From NCBI GenBank assembly GCA_045863395.1, contig BTVJ01000019.1:37221-101220 (forward strand): 64,000 nucleotides of DNA. The letters are read 5' to 3'. Positions 61,670-64,000 of the stretch are shown here, one piece after another. Source of the DNA: Myxococcales bacterium (GTDB lineage: Bacteria; Myxococcota_A; UBA9042; JABWCM01; BTVJ01). Position numbers and translations under genes: made by a program. The notes beneath the pieces are model-generated. The model ran no database searches. It worked only from the letters and a program-made list of their open reading frames with translations, and was not told the DNA's origin. The first letter of the stretch is position 1, and the number at the start of each line of letters is the position of its first letter.

Positions 61670-62529
61670 GTCGCGCCTCCGCGGGCCGTTCGGGCGTCCC
61701 GAAGCCGCCACAGCAGGGGCAACAGGGCCAACAGGCAGAGGAGCACCGCGATGGCACAGGCCTGCGGCAGATTGCGGTCGGCGAGCGCCCGCTGGGCGAT
61801 CTTGGAGCCGATCATCTCGCTGCTCGCGCCGCCGACCAGCTCCGGCACCGCGTAGGCGCCCAGCGCGGGGACGAACACCATGAAGGCGGCTGCCGCGACT
61901 CCCCGCCCCACCGAGGGAACGAACACGCGCAGGAACGTCTGCGCGGAGGACGCGCCCAGGTCTCGCGCTGCCTCCAGCAACGAGACGTCCAGCTTCTCGG
62001 CCGCAGCGTAGATGGGCAGCACGGCGAAGGGAATCGACGTGTAGACGAGCACGGCGAGCACCGCCTCCCAGCGATAGAGGAGCAGGGTGTCAGGGTCCGT
62101 CAGACGCAGCGTCGTCAGGACGCCAGCGATCATGCCGCTCGGATGCAGAATGACCTTCCACGCCAGGATGCGTATCAGGAAGTTGGTCCAGAAGGGCACG
62201 ACCACGGCGACGAGGAGCGCGCCCCGCCAGCGTTTCGGCGTGCGGGCCATCGCATAGGCGACCACGGCACCGATGGGCACGCAGAGGAGAGTGGTCGCCA
62301 GGGCGAGGACCACGGTGCGCAGGAGGATGGGCGGCCACATGGGAGACCAGAGGGCACCGAAGGTGTCGAGGCTGAGGCCGTCGCCGAAGCCGCCATACGG
62401 GTCTGCCGGGCGAAAGGAGAACGCGACGACGATCAGTGTCGGCGCGACGAAGAAGATCGCGAGCCACGCGACCGTCGGCGCGGTCAGGGCCCACTGGGTG
62501 CTGCCCGCTGGCGCGCGGGACCCGCTCAT
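61666..62529 (-). CDS. potB: Spermidine/putrescine ABC transporter permease
   Basis: PFWTNFLIR..AW, PFAVLPIY, LLEAARDLGA. Confidence 0.92.
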   Translation of the reverse strand: MSGSRAPAGSTQWALTAPTVAWLAIFFVAPTLIVVAFSFRPADPYGGFGDGLSLDTFGALWSPMWPPILLRTVVLALATTLLCVPIGAVVAYAMARTPKRWRGALLVAVVVPFWTNFLIRILAWKVILHPSGMIAGVLTTLRLTDPDTLLLYRWEAVLAVLVYTSIPFAVLPIYAAAEKLDVSLLEAARDLGASSAQTFLRVFVPSVGRGVAAAAFMVFVPALGAYAVPELVGGASSEMIGSKIAQRALADRNLPQACAIAVLLCLLALLPLLWRLRDARTARGGAT

Positions 62530-63581
62530 CGCACCTCCTCGCGGACGTCATCGACGAGGTGCACGTGCTCCGGGGCCCAGGAGACCGTCACCGCGGTGCC
62601 CGCCGGTGGCACGCCGGCGGCCAGGCACCGCGCAAGGACCAGCCGCTCCCCCACTCGGACCTGGAGCTGCACCGAGCTTCCCTGGTAGACCGTGTCCTCG
62701 ATGGTGCCCGCAAAGGCGTTGGGGCCCGGCGTCTCTCCAAGATGCACGTGCTCGGGCCGGACAAGCGCAAGCACCGGCCCGCTCTGCTGCTCGGCGTGGG
62801 CCACCGCAACGGCGCCGAGACCGTCCAGATCGACGCTCCCCGCAGATCTGACCACTCCCGGCAACAGGTTGCCGTCCCCCACGAAGGCCGCCACCATACG
62901 CGAGCATGGGCGCTCGTAGATCTCCGCCGGGGCGCCCACCTGCACCACCCGCCCCGCGTCCATCACAGCCAGCCGGGTGCTGAGGCTCATGGCCTCGCCT
63001 TGGTCATGGGTCACAAAGATGAACGTGGTCCCGAAGCGCCGGTGCAGTGCGCGCAGCTCGCCGAGCATGTGCTGGCGCAGTTTGAGATCGAGCGCGGCGA
63101 GCGGCTCATCGAGCAGCAGGACCTTGGGCCGTTTCGCCAGCGCGCGGGCGATGGCGACCCGCTGCTTCTGCCCCCCCGACAGCTCGTGGGGCTTGCGGTC
63201 CGCCAACTCACTCATGCGCACGACGTGGAGCAGCTCCTCGACGGCTTGTCGCGCCTCCCGCTCAGGGCGCCGCTCGACCCGAAGCCCGAAGGCGATGTTG
63301 TCCGCCACGCTCAGGTGGGGGAACAGGGCATAGCTCTGAAACACCGTGTTGACGGGCCGCCGGTCCGGCGGCAGACCCGTGATGTCCTGCCCCTCGAGGC
63401 ACACCCGCCCCGCGTCCGGCGCCACGAAGCCCGCGCACACCCGCAGGAGCGTCGTCTTGCCGCACCCACTCGGCCCGAGGAGACTGAACAGCTCCCCTCG
63501 CTCGATGCCCAGAGTCACGCCGTCGAGCGCAACAGCCTCCCCGTAGCGCTTGTCGATGGCCTCGAACTCCAGGTACGCCAT
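62526..63581 (-). CDS. potA: Spermidine/putrescine ABC transporter ATP-binding protein
   Basis: GPSGCGKTT, VNTVFQSYALFPH, LSGGQKQRVA, LLDEPL, VTHDQ; start trimmed to MAYLEF. Confidence 0.93.
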   Translation of the reverse strand: MAYLEFEAIDKRYGEAVALDGVTLGIERGELFSLLGPSGCGKTTLLRVCAGFVAPDAGRVCLEGQDITGLPPDRRPVNTVFQSYALFPHLSVADNIAFGLRVERRPEREARQAVEELLHVVRMSELADRKPHELSGGQKQRVAIARALAKRPKVLLLDEPLAALDLKLRQHMLGELRALHRRFGTTFIFVTHDQGEAMSLSTRLAVMDAGRVVQVGAPAEIYERPCSRMVAAFVGDGNLLPGVVRSAGSVDLDGLGAVAVAHAEQQSGPVLALVRPEHVHLGETPGPNAFAGTIEDTVYQGSSVQLQVRVGERLVLARCLAAGVPPAGTAVTVSWAPEHVHLVDDVREEVR

Positions 63582-64000
63582 GGGCTGTCTCCGCCACGGA
63601 GTCCTCGGGGGAGGCTCTGGAGCGCCTGCCCGCGAGACGCGAGGATTGCGGGGCCGAGAGTGGGGCAGAAGCGCGGCGCTGTCAATGGCCTGGATGGCAG
63701 TCAGGAGGTTCGAGATGCTCCGAGCGCCTCGCACGCAGGCGTCACTCCAGACCTCCGCGAACGGTTGGCACGCGGTTGCCTGCCCGAGGGCCCAGGTGGT
63801 CTCATGCTCCGGACCCTCCGGTCGCGTCCTCGTGCCCGGCGACACCGTCGGAGTGCGGGCCGTTGAAAATTTTTCGCGATCCCTCCGTTGCAGGTCCTTC
63901 TCGGTTCACGCTTCGGTGGCCTCATGGGGGCCCTGCCAGCGAGCACTCCAGACCACCTCTGCGACGACCCGGCGCCTCGCTTCGGGCCACCGCCAGCTCA

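Noticed and set aside
63582..64000. Riboswitch or extended N-terminus upstream of potA
   Set aside because: Only generic GC hairpins with no recognisable aptamer consensus; the 88-aa ORF extension has no ABC-like character

Overview
High-GC bacterial DNA, most likely Myxococcota or a related deltaproteobacterium (MYXO-CTERM-like tails, Cys-rich lipoproteins, MopE-like repeats). About 46 CDS are supportable. I saw no rRNA, tRNA, CRISPR array, integrase or transposase. 1-40.9 kb holds large modular surface proteins (NlpC/P60-like, M23, PA14, cytochrome P460-like, BPI-like with somatomedin-B domains, Ig-like, PQQ propeller), three PLP-dependent cysteine/cystathionine synthase paralogues with OsmC and a sucrase/ferredoxin protein, an M16 peptidase pair, an ABC exporter, wecB, yihY and an LtaS-type sulfatase. 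41.5-59.8 kb is the best candidate for an undescribed system. It is a divergently transcribed two-arm phospho-threonine signalling locus with three Zn-ribbon Ser/Thr kinases, a membrane PP2C phosphatase and five FHA proteins (FHA-ABC exporter, trypsin-TM-FHA, VWA-TM-FHA, Zn-FHA, FHA-Zn). At its centre sit a MotA/TolQ/ExbB-type ion channel and two paralogous ExbD/MotB-like partners that share an N-terminus but have unrelated C-termini. It also encodes a LysM solute-binding lipoprotein. The window ends with a potABCD-type polyamine ABC importer. All family calls come from motif recognition by eye; no database searches were run, and start codons were chosen from RBS and gene-overlap evidence.
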